A stretch of DNA of 64,000 bases from Candidatus Hydrogenedentota bacterium (GTDB taxonomy: Bacteria; Hydrogenedentota; Hydrogenedentia; Hydrogenedentales; SLHB01). Below are positions 1-9,260 of the stretch, one piece after another. Below the pieces are notes generated by a model that saw only the letters and a program-made list of their open reading frames with translations, ran no database searches and had not been told where the DNA came from. The position numbers and the translations under genes were made by a program. Each line of letters opens with the position of its first letter. Position 1 is the first letter of the stretch. Location: contig DAOTMJ010000004.1 in NCBI GenBank assembly GCA_035450225.1, forward strand, positions 12,494-76,493. The letters run 5' to 3'.

Positions 1-34
1 AGCGCCACGGCCGGAACTCCCTCCCCGGATTCCG

Positions 35-2638
35 TTACCGTTCCCAAGAACGCCGGACTGTTTTGGGCTTGGCGGGACCGGCGGCATCCTGTCGTTCCCA
101 TGCGCGCCGCACCTGTTTCACCTTCTTTTTGACGGGTATCGCCGTAGGATCAAGACGTATCAGCATTGGATCGAGGGGAGCGAGATTCACCGGGAAACGA
201 ACATCGCGACCGCCGATCAGGTCGCGGCCCGCGCACGGGCCATCGTGCATGTGGCAGACTTGGTCCGTTTTACGCAGGTTGACAAGGTACAGATAATCGT
301 TGCCTTCATGCTCGACGTGCAGCGATTTGACGCCTTCAAGCGTATATCCGAACGAATTGACGATGCGCGGTGTTCGGGGAAGCGTGCCGAACCGCATGAC
401 GCCGTCCATCGCGTGCAGATACTCGGCGGGCAGATTTTCGCCGCGCACATGGATGGTGCGCCGCCCGGGCGTGATGATGTCGCGGCGGCTACGGCCGCGC
501 TCGTCGAACGTGATGGACGTGGAGGTCCGAATCACGCATTCGTCGCCCTGCATGTATTCCTTGATCAGTGGAAATGCCGCCTCGGATACCGCCGGCGTGT
601 CGGGCACGACCAGCACCTTCACCGATTTCAACCCGCCGGCCGCGATCTGTCTCTCGGAAATGTAGCCGGTCTTGTATCCGGCGAACGAACAGCCCTCGAA
701 CGCGAATCGGGCCGAGGAAAGATGGGGATCGCCGTTATTGTATATCTTCGAGGAGTCGCTGAAGAGCACGCGGACCATGGCGGGCGCATTCTGGAAGGCC
801 GTGACGATCGGGGCGAGACGGTTCAGATCGATCGCGGCCGCCGCGTATCCTTCCAGGCCTTCGGGGCGCATCAGGGCGTCGGGCACAACCAGCCCCGCCG
901 CATCCAGGCCGGCCATCGCCGCTTCCCACGCCGCCGTATGCGCGCGCGCAAACGAACACGGCGTTTCCCACGTATCCCCGTCGAACAGGCGAAACGCCAC
1001 GTTCACGAGGGGCTTGTCCGGCGCAAGCGAATTCAGCAGAGTGTAAAGGGCAACCTGTTGGGGATAACCCAGTGCGTAATACAGATCGCCCGGCGCGTTG
1101 CCGGCCAGACAGGCCGACACATCCATTGTGGCGGCCAGCGATTCGCGATCGATCGCCAGCGCGACCTCCTCGGACGCAAACGGCGCATCCGGCGTCGCAA
1201 TCGTCACGGGCAATTCCGGCGCGCAGGATCGGGCAAGCACCCGCGTCGCCTCGGCCCATTGCGCCACAAGCGACAGGTGATGGGTCTGCCAGTCGTAGCG
1301 GTACGCGGAACTGTCCTGGTAGCGTGGATTCACATAATTCCAGCCGATTTCCAACTCGTCGAAACCGGCAAAGAGACTTTTCCATGATCGGTTGAGGGCC
1401 GCCGGATCGGCATATTGGCTTTTGACGGCGTCGAGAAAGCCCTTTCGGACTGTATCGCCCGTAAATTTCAGAAAGGGCGCTTCGGCAAGACAGACGGCCG
1501 CCACGTTGTCGCGCGCCGCCAACAAGGGCAAGGTCGCGGCAATGTGGCGTTCCATGAGTCCCCGCGCCTCCGCATCGGCCAGGTTGACGCGGCCGGAGGC
1601 TTCGTCCACGGCCGCGAGGTGCGCCGCGCGTTCATCGCCCGTCCATGCATCGGGCGCCAGCGATGCCAGCAACACTATCCGCTGCTGCGCCGCCTCGTCC
1701 AGGAAAGACGCCAGTTGTTCCGGTTGGCTGTTGAGTGCGGGCGGCACGGCCATCACGGCGAACGGCGTTCCGTACTGGGCAATGCGAGCAAGCGTTTCCG
1801 GAACCAGCGAAGCACCCGCGTGAAAACCGAACAGGAATCGCGGAAGCCCCCCGCTCTCGAACCCGGCGCCGGCCACGCGTACGGACGCCGGCGGCGCCGG
1901 CGCCTCGCGCCATTCGGGCGGCACGGCATCGGGTCCGGATTCGCGCAGGGCGGCGATGGCCGCCGACTTGGCGTAACGCATCAGCCGCGCCGCGCGCGCC
2001 ACCGCGCCCGCATCCAAGGCGTGCCGCGCCGCGTCGAGCATGTCCACGGCGAAAGCCGCCCGCATCGCCGGATACGGCGAACCCTCGCCAAGCGAAGTAC
2101 GGGCTTGGGCAAGATGTTTAACATGCACGACATGCGCGGCCGCTTCGTCCATGCCGGCGCGCAGTTCATCCACCGTGGATTTGCGCACGGTGTAAACCTG
2201 TTTCAATACCTCCAGCGCGGGAGGGCGTTTCAGCGAAAAGAAAAGGGTGTAAACCCCGCAGGGAACGGCGGACGCATCCCACGAAAATGAATACGGCCGG
2301 AATTCGGTGTCGAGCAGCAGGTTCCTGCGATCGTCCATGATCGTTTTTCCGTCTGCATCGCAAATCGCGATCGTCAGATAGGCATTGTCAATGGCGTCGT
2401 TTCCCCGGACGGTCACATTCAATCCGACGGGCGCATCGCCCGGCGCCGCCTCGTCCCATGCCAATCGCAAGGCGAAATCGTGGCCGGCATAGGGCTGGCA
2501 GTCTTCGATCCACACTTGGGTTTCGGCCGCCCACGCGCCGCTCATACACGCCATCAGGGCCAATCCCGCCGCCCACCGCATTCGCATACCCATCCGTTTT
2601 CTCCGTCTCCGCTCGTTTGTCGAGGCAAGCCCAATCAT
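35..2638 (-). CDS. Secreted glycoside-hydrolase-like protein, tentatively GH42 beta-galactosidase-like
   Basis: 867-aa ORF. It has a signal-peptide-like MRMRWAAGLALMACMSGAWA, so the true start is probably M16-M20 (about 2581-2593). The central segment YADPAALNRSWKSLFAGFDELEIGW...YDWQTHH and a C-terminal KVLVVPDTP...VIRTS segment resemble remembered GH42 TIM-barrel and trimerisation regions. The family call is tentative. Confidence 0.5.
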   Translation of the reverse strand: MIGLASTNERRRRKRMGMRMRWAAGLALMACMSGAWAAETQVWIEDCQPYAGHDFALRLAWDEAAPGDAPVGLNVTVRGNDAIDNAYLTIAICDADGKTIMDDRRNLLLDTEFRPYSFSWDASAVPCGVYTLFFSLKRPPALEVLKQVYTVRKSTVDELRAGMDEAAAHVVHVKHLAQARTSLGEGSPYPAMRAAFAVDMLDAARHALDAGAVARAARLMRYAKSAAIAALRESGPDAVPPEWREAPAPPASVRVAGAGFESGGLPRFLFGFHAGASLVPETLARIAQYGTPFAVMAVPPALNSQPEQLASFLDEAAQQRIVLLASLAPDAWTGDERAAHLAAVDEASGRVNLADAEARGLMERHIAATLPLLAARDNVAAVCLAEAPFLKFTGDTVRKGFLDAVKSQYADPAALNRSWKSLFAGFDELEIGWNYVNPRYQDSSAYRYDWQTHHLSLVAQWAEATRVLARSCAPELPVTIATPDAPFASEEVALAIDRESLAATMDVSACLAGNAPGDLYYALGYPQQVALYTLLNSLAPDKPLVNVAFRLFDGDTWETPCSFARAHTAAWEAAMAGLDAAGLVVPDALMRPEGLEGYAAAAIDLNRLAPIVTAFQNAPAMVRVLFSDSSKIYNNGDPHLSSARFAFEGCSFAGYKTGYISERQIAAGGLKSVKVLVVPDTPAVSEAAFPLIKEYMQGDECVIRTSTSITFDERGRSRRDIITPGRRTIHVRGENLPAEYLHAMDGVMRFGTLPRTPRIVNSFGYTLEGVKSLHVEHEGNDYLYLVNLRKTDQVCHMHDGPCAGRDLIGGRDVRFPVNLAPLDPMLIRLDPTAIPVKKKVKQVRRAWERQDAAGPAKPKTVRRSWER

Positions 2639-2659
2639 AAGAGTTTCCGGGATGACTTT

Positions 2660-2818
2660 CTAGTTTTTGATACCACGATAACGTTTTTCCAACCCGTCCC
2701 GTTGACCGGTCATGCCTTTGAACGGCCCCGCCGTGAATACCAGGAATCCCAACAGCCACGGACTGATGAACGCATACCCGATGACCTTTTTCTTGAGCAG
2801 CCGGTTTTTCATACGCAT
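2660..2818 (-). pseudogene. N-terminal remnant of a carbohydrate ABC-transporter permease (about 30 residues conserved, then divergence and a stop)
   Basis: My own translation of the minus strand gives MRMKNRLLKKKVIGYAFISPWLLGFLVFTAGPFKGMTGQRDGLEKRYRGIKN*. The YAFISPWLLGFLVFTAGP stretch is the typical first transmembrane helix (TM) of MalF/G-type sugar permeases. No remainder of the permease follows in any frame. Confidence 0.4.
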
Positions 2819-2918
2819 GAAAGGTACGTGGGTGGCTTCAACCGCCGAATCGCATGGCTGGCGCCCTAGACGTACGCAAAGCCTCTTGCGGGCAGATTGG
2901 GATAGCGATGAACCGTCT

Positions 2919-3290
2919 TTACAAGTCGGCTTTGCCGAGATAGGCTTCGAGGTAGGCGCGTTCGTAATCGTTCATTTCCATGAAACGGACGCCCAGCGTC
3001 CAGCGTTCCTCATTCAGTGGACGCACCCAGCAGACGAGTCCCTCGCAGCCGATATTTTTGTCCGGCAGCAAAATGTGGACATGGACGCGGCTATTGACCT
3101 TCATTTCGCGGGGAAACTTGATGCGCGCGCCGGTGGGGCTGAGATCGCTGGGCTTGCCTTTGTATACGGTGCTTTCCCCGGGTATGGATACACGAAGCAA
3201 AACATCCAAGCCCAGCCGGTGATGATGCCGTTTCTCGATATTCGGGCTGCTGTCCATGGGCCGATCCTCAACACGCGGCTTTCGCCGCAC
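2919..3290 (-). CDS. PilZ domain protein (putative c-di-GMP receptor)
   Basis: 123 aa. It has an RxxxR motif (RHHHR) followed about 30 residues later by D-x-S-x-x-G (DLSPTG), with beta-rich sequence afterwards. Confidence 0.75.
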   Translation of the reverse strand: MRRKPRVEDRPMDSSPNIEKRHHHRLGLDVLLRVSIPGESTVYKGKPSDLSPTGARIKFPREMKVNSRVHVHILLPDKNIGCEGLVCWVRPLNEERWTLGVRFMEMNDYERAYLEAYLGKADL

Positions 3291-3463
3291 GCATGCGTTC
3301 GACTTAACAACCTTCGAGAATACAGGGCCAACTTCATGTCAAATTATACCATACCCGCATAGAAGTCCGAAATAGGCGGGAAAATTGAAAAATACAGGCG
3401 GCGTTTTCGGCGATTGTGCTATGATTGTCGCGGAAGAACCGGGTTTGGTTCGATGGGAGTGAA

Positions 3464-4495
3464 ATGAAAGCAGCCCAGTGGTTTGCCCCGCGCGACATCC
3501 GGCTGGTCGAGGTTGAAAAACCCGTGCCCAAGCCGCACGAGGCGCTGATCAAGGTCGAATCGGTCGGTATTTGCGGTTCGGACCTGCATTACTATCTGGA
3601 CGGCCGGATTGGCTCGACGGTTATCACCCGCCCGATCATTCTCGGCCACGAGTTCGGCGGAATCGTCGAATGCGTGGGGGAGTCGGCCGATCCGTCGCTG
3701 ATTGGGAAGCGTGTCGCCGTCGAACCCGGCATCCCGTGTCTGAAATGCGAATGGTGCCGGACGGGCCATTACAACGTCTGCGCGGATCTCTTTTTTCCGG
3801 GTGGGCCGCCGTACGACGGCGTTCTCTGCGAATATACCGCCTTTCACGCCGATTTTTGTTTTCCGGTTCCGAACGATCTGGGTGCGGTCGAGGCGGCGAT
3901 GATCGAACCCCTGGCCGTGGCGGTGCATACGGTCGAACTTGCGCAACTCAAACCCGGCGAAACGGCCGCCATCCTCGGACTCGGTCCCATCGGCCTGTTG
4001 ACGGCCCAAGTGGCCCAGCGTGCCGGGGCGGGATTGCTGATCGGGAGCGATCGGCTCGATTATCGCGTGGCGGCAGGGCTGCACTATGGGCTGGATGTCG
4101 CCTTCAACGCCGGGCGGGAAGACACGGTCGAGGCGATACTGGATATTACGCATGGGCGGGGGGTGGACGCGGCCTTTGACACGGCCCGATCCTCTGACAC
4201 ACCGGCCTTGGCGTGCAAAGTGGTGCGGCCGGCCGGCCGGTGCGTGTTTACAGGCATTTCGGGCGAGGACTACGACCCGATTCCCGTCGGTGTGGCCCGG
4301 CGCAAGGAATTGACCATCCGCTGGTGCCGCCGATTCCGGCACGACTACCCCCGCGCCATCGAAATGGCCGCCTGCGGAATGGTTGACGTGAAATCCCTCG
4401 TCACGCACAGTTTTTCCTTGGAGCGCACCCGTGATGCCTTCGAACTGGTCGCGGCCAATGCGGATAACGTCTTGAAGGCCTCCGTGGATTTATGA
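3464..4495 (+). CDS. Zinc-dependent alcohol/polyol dehydrogenase (MDR family, sorbitol/threonine dehydrogenase-like)
   Basis: Motifs GICGSDLHYY and GHEFGGIVECVG, a structural-zinc Cys cluster (CLKCEWCRTGHYNVC), and a Rossmann GLGPIGLL. I chose the ATG at 3464 because GGGAG lies 5 nt upstream. The track ORF starts at an earlier TTG (3425). Confidence 0.85.
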   Translation: MKAAQWFAPRDIRLVEVEKPVPKPHEALIKVESVGICGSDLHYYLDGRIGSTVITRPIILGHEFGGIVECVGESADPSLIGKRVAVEPGIPCLKCEWCRTGHYNVCADLFFPGGPPYDGVLCEYTAFHADFCFPVPNDLGAVEAAMIEPLAVAVHTVELAQLKPGETAAILGLGPIGLLTAQVAQRAGAGLLIGSDRLDYRVAAGLHYGLDVAFNAGREDTVEAILDITHGRGVDAAFDTARSSDTPALACKVVRPAGRCVFTGISGEDYDPIPVGVARRKELTIRWCRRFRHDYPRAIEMAACGMVDVKSLVTHSFSLERTRDAFELVAANADNVLKASVDL

Positions 4496-4710
4496 GGAAT
4501 TTCTGGCGCTCATTCCTCGAAAACACGATTCTCGCGATGGGTATTGCGTCGTTTTGGCCGATTGTTCTGGGATATGAAGCCTTCTGGTACCAATGCCTTC
4601 TGGTGTTGATAGCGTTCGGATTGGCCGTTCTGGCGCTGATGCGTTTCCGGCGGATCAAGCGGGAATACGAGGATGCTGAAACCGTTGATATCGAAAGACA
4701 GGTCAAATGA
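4492..4710 (+). CDS. Small membrane protein (2 predicted TM helices), function unknown
   Basis: 72 aa. Its start overlaps the dehydrogenase stop (ATGA at 4492-4495). It has two hydrophobic stretches followed by a charged tail. Confidence 0.45.
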   Translation: MRNFWRSFLENTILAMGIASFWPIVLGYEAFWYQCLLVLIAFGLAVLALMRFRRIKREYEDAETVDIERQVK

Positions 4711-4742
4711 CTGTTTGAACCATCGTGAAGGGAGTATGCAGC

Positions 4743-6149
4743 ATGCGGTTGTGGAAAAAGATTCTCATCGGATTTGTCGCGTTCATGGTCCTTTTGGCGG
4801 GGCTTTTCGTTGTGTTCATCGGCCCGTGGCCCACGTACTCGGCCGGTTTCGAGGGCGCCGGTTATTTCAAGAATACGATGGCCCGCCTTGACCAAGCCGC
4901 ACAGTCGGTCAAACCGCAAGACAATCCCGGTCCGCTCAAGGTGGGGTGGGGGACGGCGTTGATTACCCCGCCCATCGGCACCCCGCTGGCCGGATACAGC
5001 GCCCGCATGAGCAAGCCGTCCACGGGCGTCAACGATGAACTTCACGTGAAAGCGATTGCCATTAGCGACGGCACGGACACGGCGGTGCTCATTGGAGCGG
5101 ACATGCTGCTAATCCCGCCCAACATCGCCGAACCGGTCCGAGAACAAGTGGCCCGGGAAACGCCTTTGAAGGCCGGCAACCTGTTTTTCACGGCCAGCCA
5201 TACCCATGACGGCGTGGGGGCGTTCGCGCCGGGGCTTGTCGCCGAGTTTTCGTTTGGGAAATACAATCCGGCAATCCCGCCGATGCTCATCAGCGCGTTT
5301 ACGAAGGCCATTGTCGAGGCATACAACGCCATGGAGCCGGCAAAACTGGCGCATGGCGCCATAGATGCGCCCCAGTTTATCCGGAACCGCGCGCGCGATG
5401 CCGGGGTGGATCCCGTCCTGAATTGGCTGTTGGCCGAGAAGGCCAACGGGAAGCGGTGCTTTGTGACGCGCTATTCGGCGCATCCCACGATCCTTGACGA
5501 CGACAATATGCTCTTCTCCGCCGAATATCCGGGCTATCTCCAGTCCGCCATCGAAAAGGCCACCGGTGCGACCGCGATTTTTCTGGGGGGAGCGGTTGGC
5601 AGCATGAGTCCGCGTGCGCCCGAGGCGGCCGATCCCATTGGCCGCTGCGAGGCCATGGGGCAAGGACTGGCCCAACTCGTTCTGGAGGCCGCCCAAAATC
5701 CGGTCTTTGTGGAACGCGCGGATGTGGCCAGTATTGGCATTCCCATAGACTTGCCGCCGTTCCAGATGCGGCCGCTCAGCACGAAGTGGCGGCTTTCGCC
5801 ATTGGCAAGACGGCTTGTCGGTCTTAGAGCGACGGGTTGGATGACCGCGGTCCGGGTCGGCAATATTGTCTTTGTGAATACCCCCGGCGATTTCAGCGGC
5901 GAGATTGCCGTTACGTGGCGGCAGATGGCCGCAAACAAGGGGCTGGATCTCTGGGCGTCGGGTTTTTCCGGCGAATATGCCGGCTATATTTCGCCGGATC
6001 GCTATTATCTCGATGTGAGGGACAAACGCGGCAATCCCCAATACGAGACGGCCATCATGTCTTGGTTCGGCCCGCATTTGGAAGGATACCTGACGACCCT
6101 CATGGCGCGCATGGTGGATTCCCTCGGCAAGCCGTCGTCCAAGGGTTGA
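4743..6149 (+). CDS. Neutral/alkaline non-lysosomal ceramidase family protein, N-terminally membrane-anchored
   Basis: The N-terminal domain pattern GWGTALITPPIGTPLAGYS...NDELHVKAIAISDG...ADML and SHTHDG is typical of neutral ceramidases. ATG 4743 is preceded by AAGGGAG. The track ORF starts at GTG 4725. Confidence 0.65.
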   Translation: MRLWKKILIGFVAFMVLLAGLFVVFIGPWPTYSAGFEGAGYFKNTMARLDQAAQSVKPQDNPGPLKVGWGTALITPPIGTPLAGYSARMSKPSTGVNDELHVKAIAISDGTDTAVLIGADMLLIPPNIAEPVREQVARETPLKAGNLFFTASHTHDGVGAFAPGLVAEFSFGKYNPAIPPMLISAFTKAIVEAYNAMEPAKLAHGAIDAPQFIRNRARDAGVDPVLNWLLAEKANGKRCFVTRYSAHPTILDDDNMLFSAEYPGYLQSAIEKATGATAIFLGGAVGSMSPRAPEAADPIGRCEAMGQGLAQLVLEAAQNPVFVERADVASIGIPIDLPPFQMRPLSTKWRLSPLARRLVGLRATGWMTAVRVGNIVFVNTPGDFSGEIAVTWRQMAANKGLDLWASGFSGEYAGYISPDRYYLDVRDKRGNPQYETAIMSWFGPHLEGYLTTLMARMVDSLGKPSSKG

Positions 6150-6173
6150 CGACCGGGGTCGGCGGCGCGTGTG

Positions 6174-6947
6174 TCAGTCGGCGATTCCCAGCGCTTCCTT
6201 GAGGTGGCGGATTGTTTCCTTGATAGGGGGAAACCCCCAGACATTGCGCCCGACGGTGCTGCCGGCGGCGCCGCTTCGGACGACATCGCGCATCATGGCG
6301 GCGGCCTCGGCGATCGTTTCGCATTTCGGTCCTCCGGCGGTCACGACCGGCACGGGGGTGGACGCTACAATGTCGCGAAACGATTCGACATCGCCGGTGT
6401 AGGGCGCCTTGATCACATCGGCGCCCATTTCGAGCCCCGCGCGGACGGCGTAGAAAACGTCTTCGGGCGCGGTGCTTACCGCCGGAACGCCCTCTTTCGA
6501 CGCGATAGGATAGATATGGGTGATGACCGGCAGGCCGAACCGCTCCCCTTCCCGGACCGTCGTCGCGAGGCGCTTGAGATTATCCAGGTCCCCGGCGCAT
6601 TTGACCAGAATCGCCACGGCAATCGCGTCCGCACCCAGCGCAACCGCTTCCTCGACCTCGACATGGTCGGCGAATCCCGGACGATCGGGCGTCAGGGCCA
6701 TCTGCTGGACAATCAGCGGAATCCGGCCCGCAAAGGGCGCGAAACAACGCATGGCCGCCCCTTTGTTCAGTGTGATGGAACTTGGGCCCGCCTCGACAAT
6801 TTCCCGGATGGTCTCTTCTATCTTGCGCAGTCCCGGGGGGATGCCGTCGCGATAATTGATCATGTGATCGGCGGCCACCGCCAGGATCCGGCCCGACGGA
6901 TGACTGAATATCCGGTTCAACCGGATTTGTTTTCCCAATGCGCTCAT
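6174..6947 (-). CDS. Class I aldolase of the DhnA/FbaB/LsrF (DeoC/LacD) family
   Basis: 257 aa. Features are RIFSHPSGRILAVAADH, IKAPYTG (Schiff-base Lys region) and VVTAGGPK...GSTVGRNVWG. Substrate specificity cannot be resolved from sequence. Confidence 0.8.
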   Translation of the reverse strand: MSALGKQIRLNRIFSHPSGRILAVAADHMINYRDGIPPGLRKIEETIREIVEAGPSSITLNKGAAMRCFAPFAGRIPLIVQQMALTPDRPGFADHVEVEEAVALGADAIAVAILVKCAGDLDNLKRLATTVREGERFGLPVITHIYPIASKEGVPAVSTAPEDVFYAVRAGLEMGADVIKAPYTGDVESFRDIVASTPVPVVTAGGPKCETIAEAAAMMRDVVRSGAAGSTVGRNVWGFPPIKETIRHLKEALGIAD

Positions 6948-6980
6948 GTTGGTTTCAATTTCTGGCCTTGTATGCGTCTT

Positions 6981-7024
6981 GACAACAAGCCAAAGCGCGA
7001 ATGTCCGCTAGGGGGCATTCGCGC
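6981..7024 (-). terminator. Putative intrinsic terminator downstream of the EF-G paralog
   Basis: A 9-bp stem GCGCGAATG/CATTCGCGC (6995-7003 pairs with 7016-7024). On the minus strand it is followed by TTTGGCTTGTTGTC. It starts 15 nt after the EF-G stop. Confidence 0.45.
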
Positions 7025-7039
7025 TCGAAAAACAACACA

Positions 7040-9076
7040 TTACTCTCCGGCGGCGCGCGCCTTTTCATAGGCCGCAATCAGGCCGGAGGCGACATGTTCG
7101 GGCACTTCGTCGTAGTGGCTGAACGTGAGATCGTACGAGCCGCGTCCGCCGGTCATGCTGCGCAGATCCGTCGAATACCGCAGAATTTCGGCCTCGGGAA
7201 CGTTGGCGCGGATGATCTGTTTGCCCGGTCCGCCGGATTCCATGCCGAGAATGCGGCCGCGGCGGCTGTTCAGGTCGCCGGTGATGTCGCCCATGTAGTC
7301 CTCGGGCACCGTGACCGCGATTTCCATGATCGGTTCGAGCAGACAGGGCCGCGCTTCCTTGACGCCCTTTTGGATGGCGATCGAGGCGGCGATCTTGAAC
7401 GCCATTTCGGACGAGTCTACTTCGTGGTATGATCCGAAAAAGAGTTCGACGATGATGTCCACGACGGGAAATCCCGCGATGACGCCGCGCTGCAACGCCT
7501 CGATACAACCCTTGTCCACGGCGGGAATGTACTGGCGCGGCACGACGCCTCCCACGATGCTGTCAATGAATTGGTAGCCGCCGCCGCGTTCGTTCGGTGA
7601 TATGCGCAGGTGGACATCGCCGTATTGGCCATGCCCGCCCGTCTGTTTCTTGTGCTTGCCTTGGACCTCGGCCTTGCCCCGGACCGTCTCGCGATAGGCA
7701 ACCTTCGGCGTTCGGGTTTCGCATTCGACGCCGTACTTGCGTTTCATGCGATCGAGGAAAATTTCAAGTTGGAGATCGCCCATGCCGCGAACCACGTGTT
7801 CCTGCGTGTCCTTGTCGCGGTAATGCGAAAACGTCGGATCCTCTTCGGCTAGCCGGTTCAGGGCTTCGCCAAGTTTGTCCTCGTCGGAACGCGACTTGGG
7901 GTAGATGGCCAGTTTCACCATCGAATTGGGCAGGGGATGCTTCGGCAACTCATATTTCACGCCGGACGCGGCTATGGTGTCGCCGAAATGCGTGTTCTTG
8001 AGTTTGGCCATGGCCGCCAGATCGCCGGGGATGACTTCCGGCGTCTGGGTTTGTTCCTTGCCGCAGAGAAAGAACAGTTTCCCGGTGCGTTCCTTGGTCT
8101 GTGTCGTGACGTTGTAAAATTCGGAATCCGACTTCAGCGTTCCGCTGATGACGCGGAACAGCGTCAATTGCCCCACAAACGGGTCCACGATGCTGCGAAA
8201 GACCTGCCCCACGAAAGGACCGTTCACGTCAGGAACGATTTCAACCTCGGTTCCATCCGGATTTTTCGCCACAAATCGGCGTTCCAAGGGCGAAGGGAAC
8301 GAATGGGCCACGACATCCATCAATTCTTCGATGCCGATGTCCTTTTCAACGCTGCCGGCCAAAATGGGGACAATCTTGCCGGAAGTAATGCCCCGCTGAA
8401 GCCCTTGGGTGAATTGCTCGGAAGTCAACGTGCCCGTTTCAAGATACTGCTCAAGCAACGCGTCGTCGGACTCGGCCACGACGTCCATCATGCCTGCCTT
8501 CAAGGTCTCGATTTGATCCGCCACCGCGGCGTTTTCACCGGACAGGATGTTCACCACGCCCGTCAATGACGCCGAAAGGCCGACCGGAATGACCAAGGGG
8601 ACGCATTGCAACCCGTAGAACTTGCGGATGCTTTCCACGACCGCGTCGAAATCCACGTTGTCACGGTCAATCTTGTTTATGAAGAATGCGCGTGGCGTGC
8701 CGTATTTTTCAGCGTACTTGAAGGCGTTGTCCGTGCCGACCTGCACGCCGGTCGTCGCGTCAATGACGATGATGATGCCGTCCACCAGCGGCGTCGAAGC
8801 CGCGACTTCCCCGAGAAAATCCACATAGCCGGGATGATCCACAAGATGGATGCGCGATCCTTTCCAGTCCACGTGCATCAGTTTCATGCAGATGGTCTGC
8901 TGGCGTTCTTTTTCCTCGTCGAGATAATCGCCCGCCGTGTTGCCGTCGGCAATTCGGCCGATGCGGCTCGTTTTGCCGGCCTTGTGCAGGATATGCTCGA
9001 TGAGCATGGTCTTGCCTGCGCCGCCATGCCCCAATATGCCCACGTTCCGCACTTTACTGGCATCCATGTTCGCCAT
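7040..9076 (-). CDS. Elongation factor G paralog (EF-G2-like translational GTPase)
   Basis: 678 aa with the full EF-G domain order. G1 is GHGGAGKT, G3 is DHPGY, and NKIDR is present, followed by domains II-V. It is not in an str operon context. Confidence 0.9.
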   Translation of the reverse strand: MANMDASKVRNVGILGHGGAGKTMLIEHILHKAGKTSRIGRIADGNTAGDYLDEEKERQQTICMKLMHVDWKGSRIHLVDHPGYVDFLGEVAASTPLVDGIIIVIDATTGVQVGTDNAFKYAEKYGTPRAFFINKIDRDNVDFDAVVESIRKFYGLQCVPLVIPVGLSASLTGVVNILSGENAAVADQIETLKAGMMDVVAESDDALLEQYLETGTLTSEQFTQGLQRGITSGKIVPILAGSVEKDIGIEELMDVVAHSFPSPLERRFVAKNPDGTEVEIVPDVNGPFVGQVFRSIVDPFVGQLTLFRVISGTLKSDSEFYNVTTQTKERTGKLFFLCGKEQTQTPEVIPGDLAAMAKLKNTHFGDTIAASGVKYELPKHPLPNSMVKLAIYPKSRSDEDKLGEALNRLAEEDPTFSHYRDKDTQEHVVRGMGDLQLEIFLDRMKRKYGVECETRTPKVAYRETVRGKAEVQGKHKKQTGGHGQYGDVHLRISPNERGGGYQFIDSIVGGVVPRQYIPAVDKGCIEALQRGVIAGFPVVDIIVELFFGSYHEVDSSEMAFKIAASIAIQKGVKEARPCLLEPIMEIAVTVPEDYMGDITGDLNSRRGRILGMESGGPGKQIIRANVPEAEILRYSTDLRSMTGGRGSYDLTFSHYDEVPEHVASGLIAAYEKARAAGE

Positions 9077-9147
9077 TTCGTTCTTTCCTCCAAAACCGTC
9101 CTGTTCGAGTCTGCACTTGGATCCGGGTTGTTGCGAGGATCAAATTG

Positions 9148-9170
9148 CCCGCCGGTATCATTCCGGCGGG
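9148..9170. repeat. Perfect 8-bp inverted repeat (CCCGCCGG N7 CCGGCGGG) in a divergent promoter region
   Basis: Read directly from the sequence. It lies between the EF-G paralog start (9076) and the GT2 start (9261). A TATACT -10-like hexamer follows at about 9212. Confidence 0.5.
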
Positions 9171-9260
9171 ACGGATTTATCCATCACGCATTGCCACAAT
9201 CGAAGGTAAAAGTATACTATTTTTTCGTCCCGTCCCTCAAATGAAGCCCGGAGACGCGCT

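Noticed and set aside
245-1387. 380-aa plus-strand ORF, plus several 60-220-aa ORFs within 35-2638
   Set aside because: They are shadows of the 867-aa minus-strand gene, which has a signal peptide and protein-like composition.
3441-3460. GGTTCGA T-loop-like strings (also at about 43600 inside purA)
   Set aside because: No acceptor, D or anticodon arms can be drawn around them, and one lies in a well-supported CDS. I support no tRNA genes in this window.
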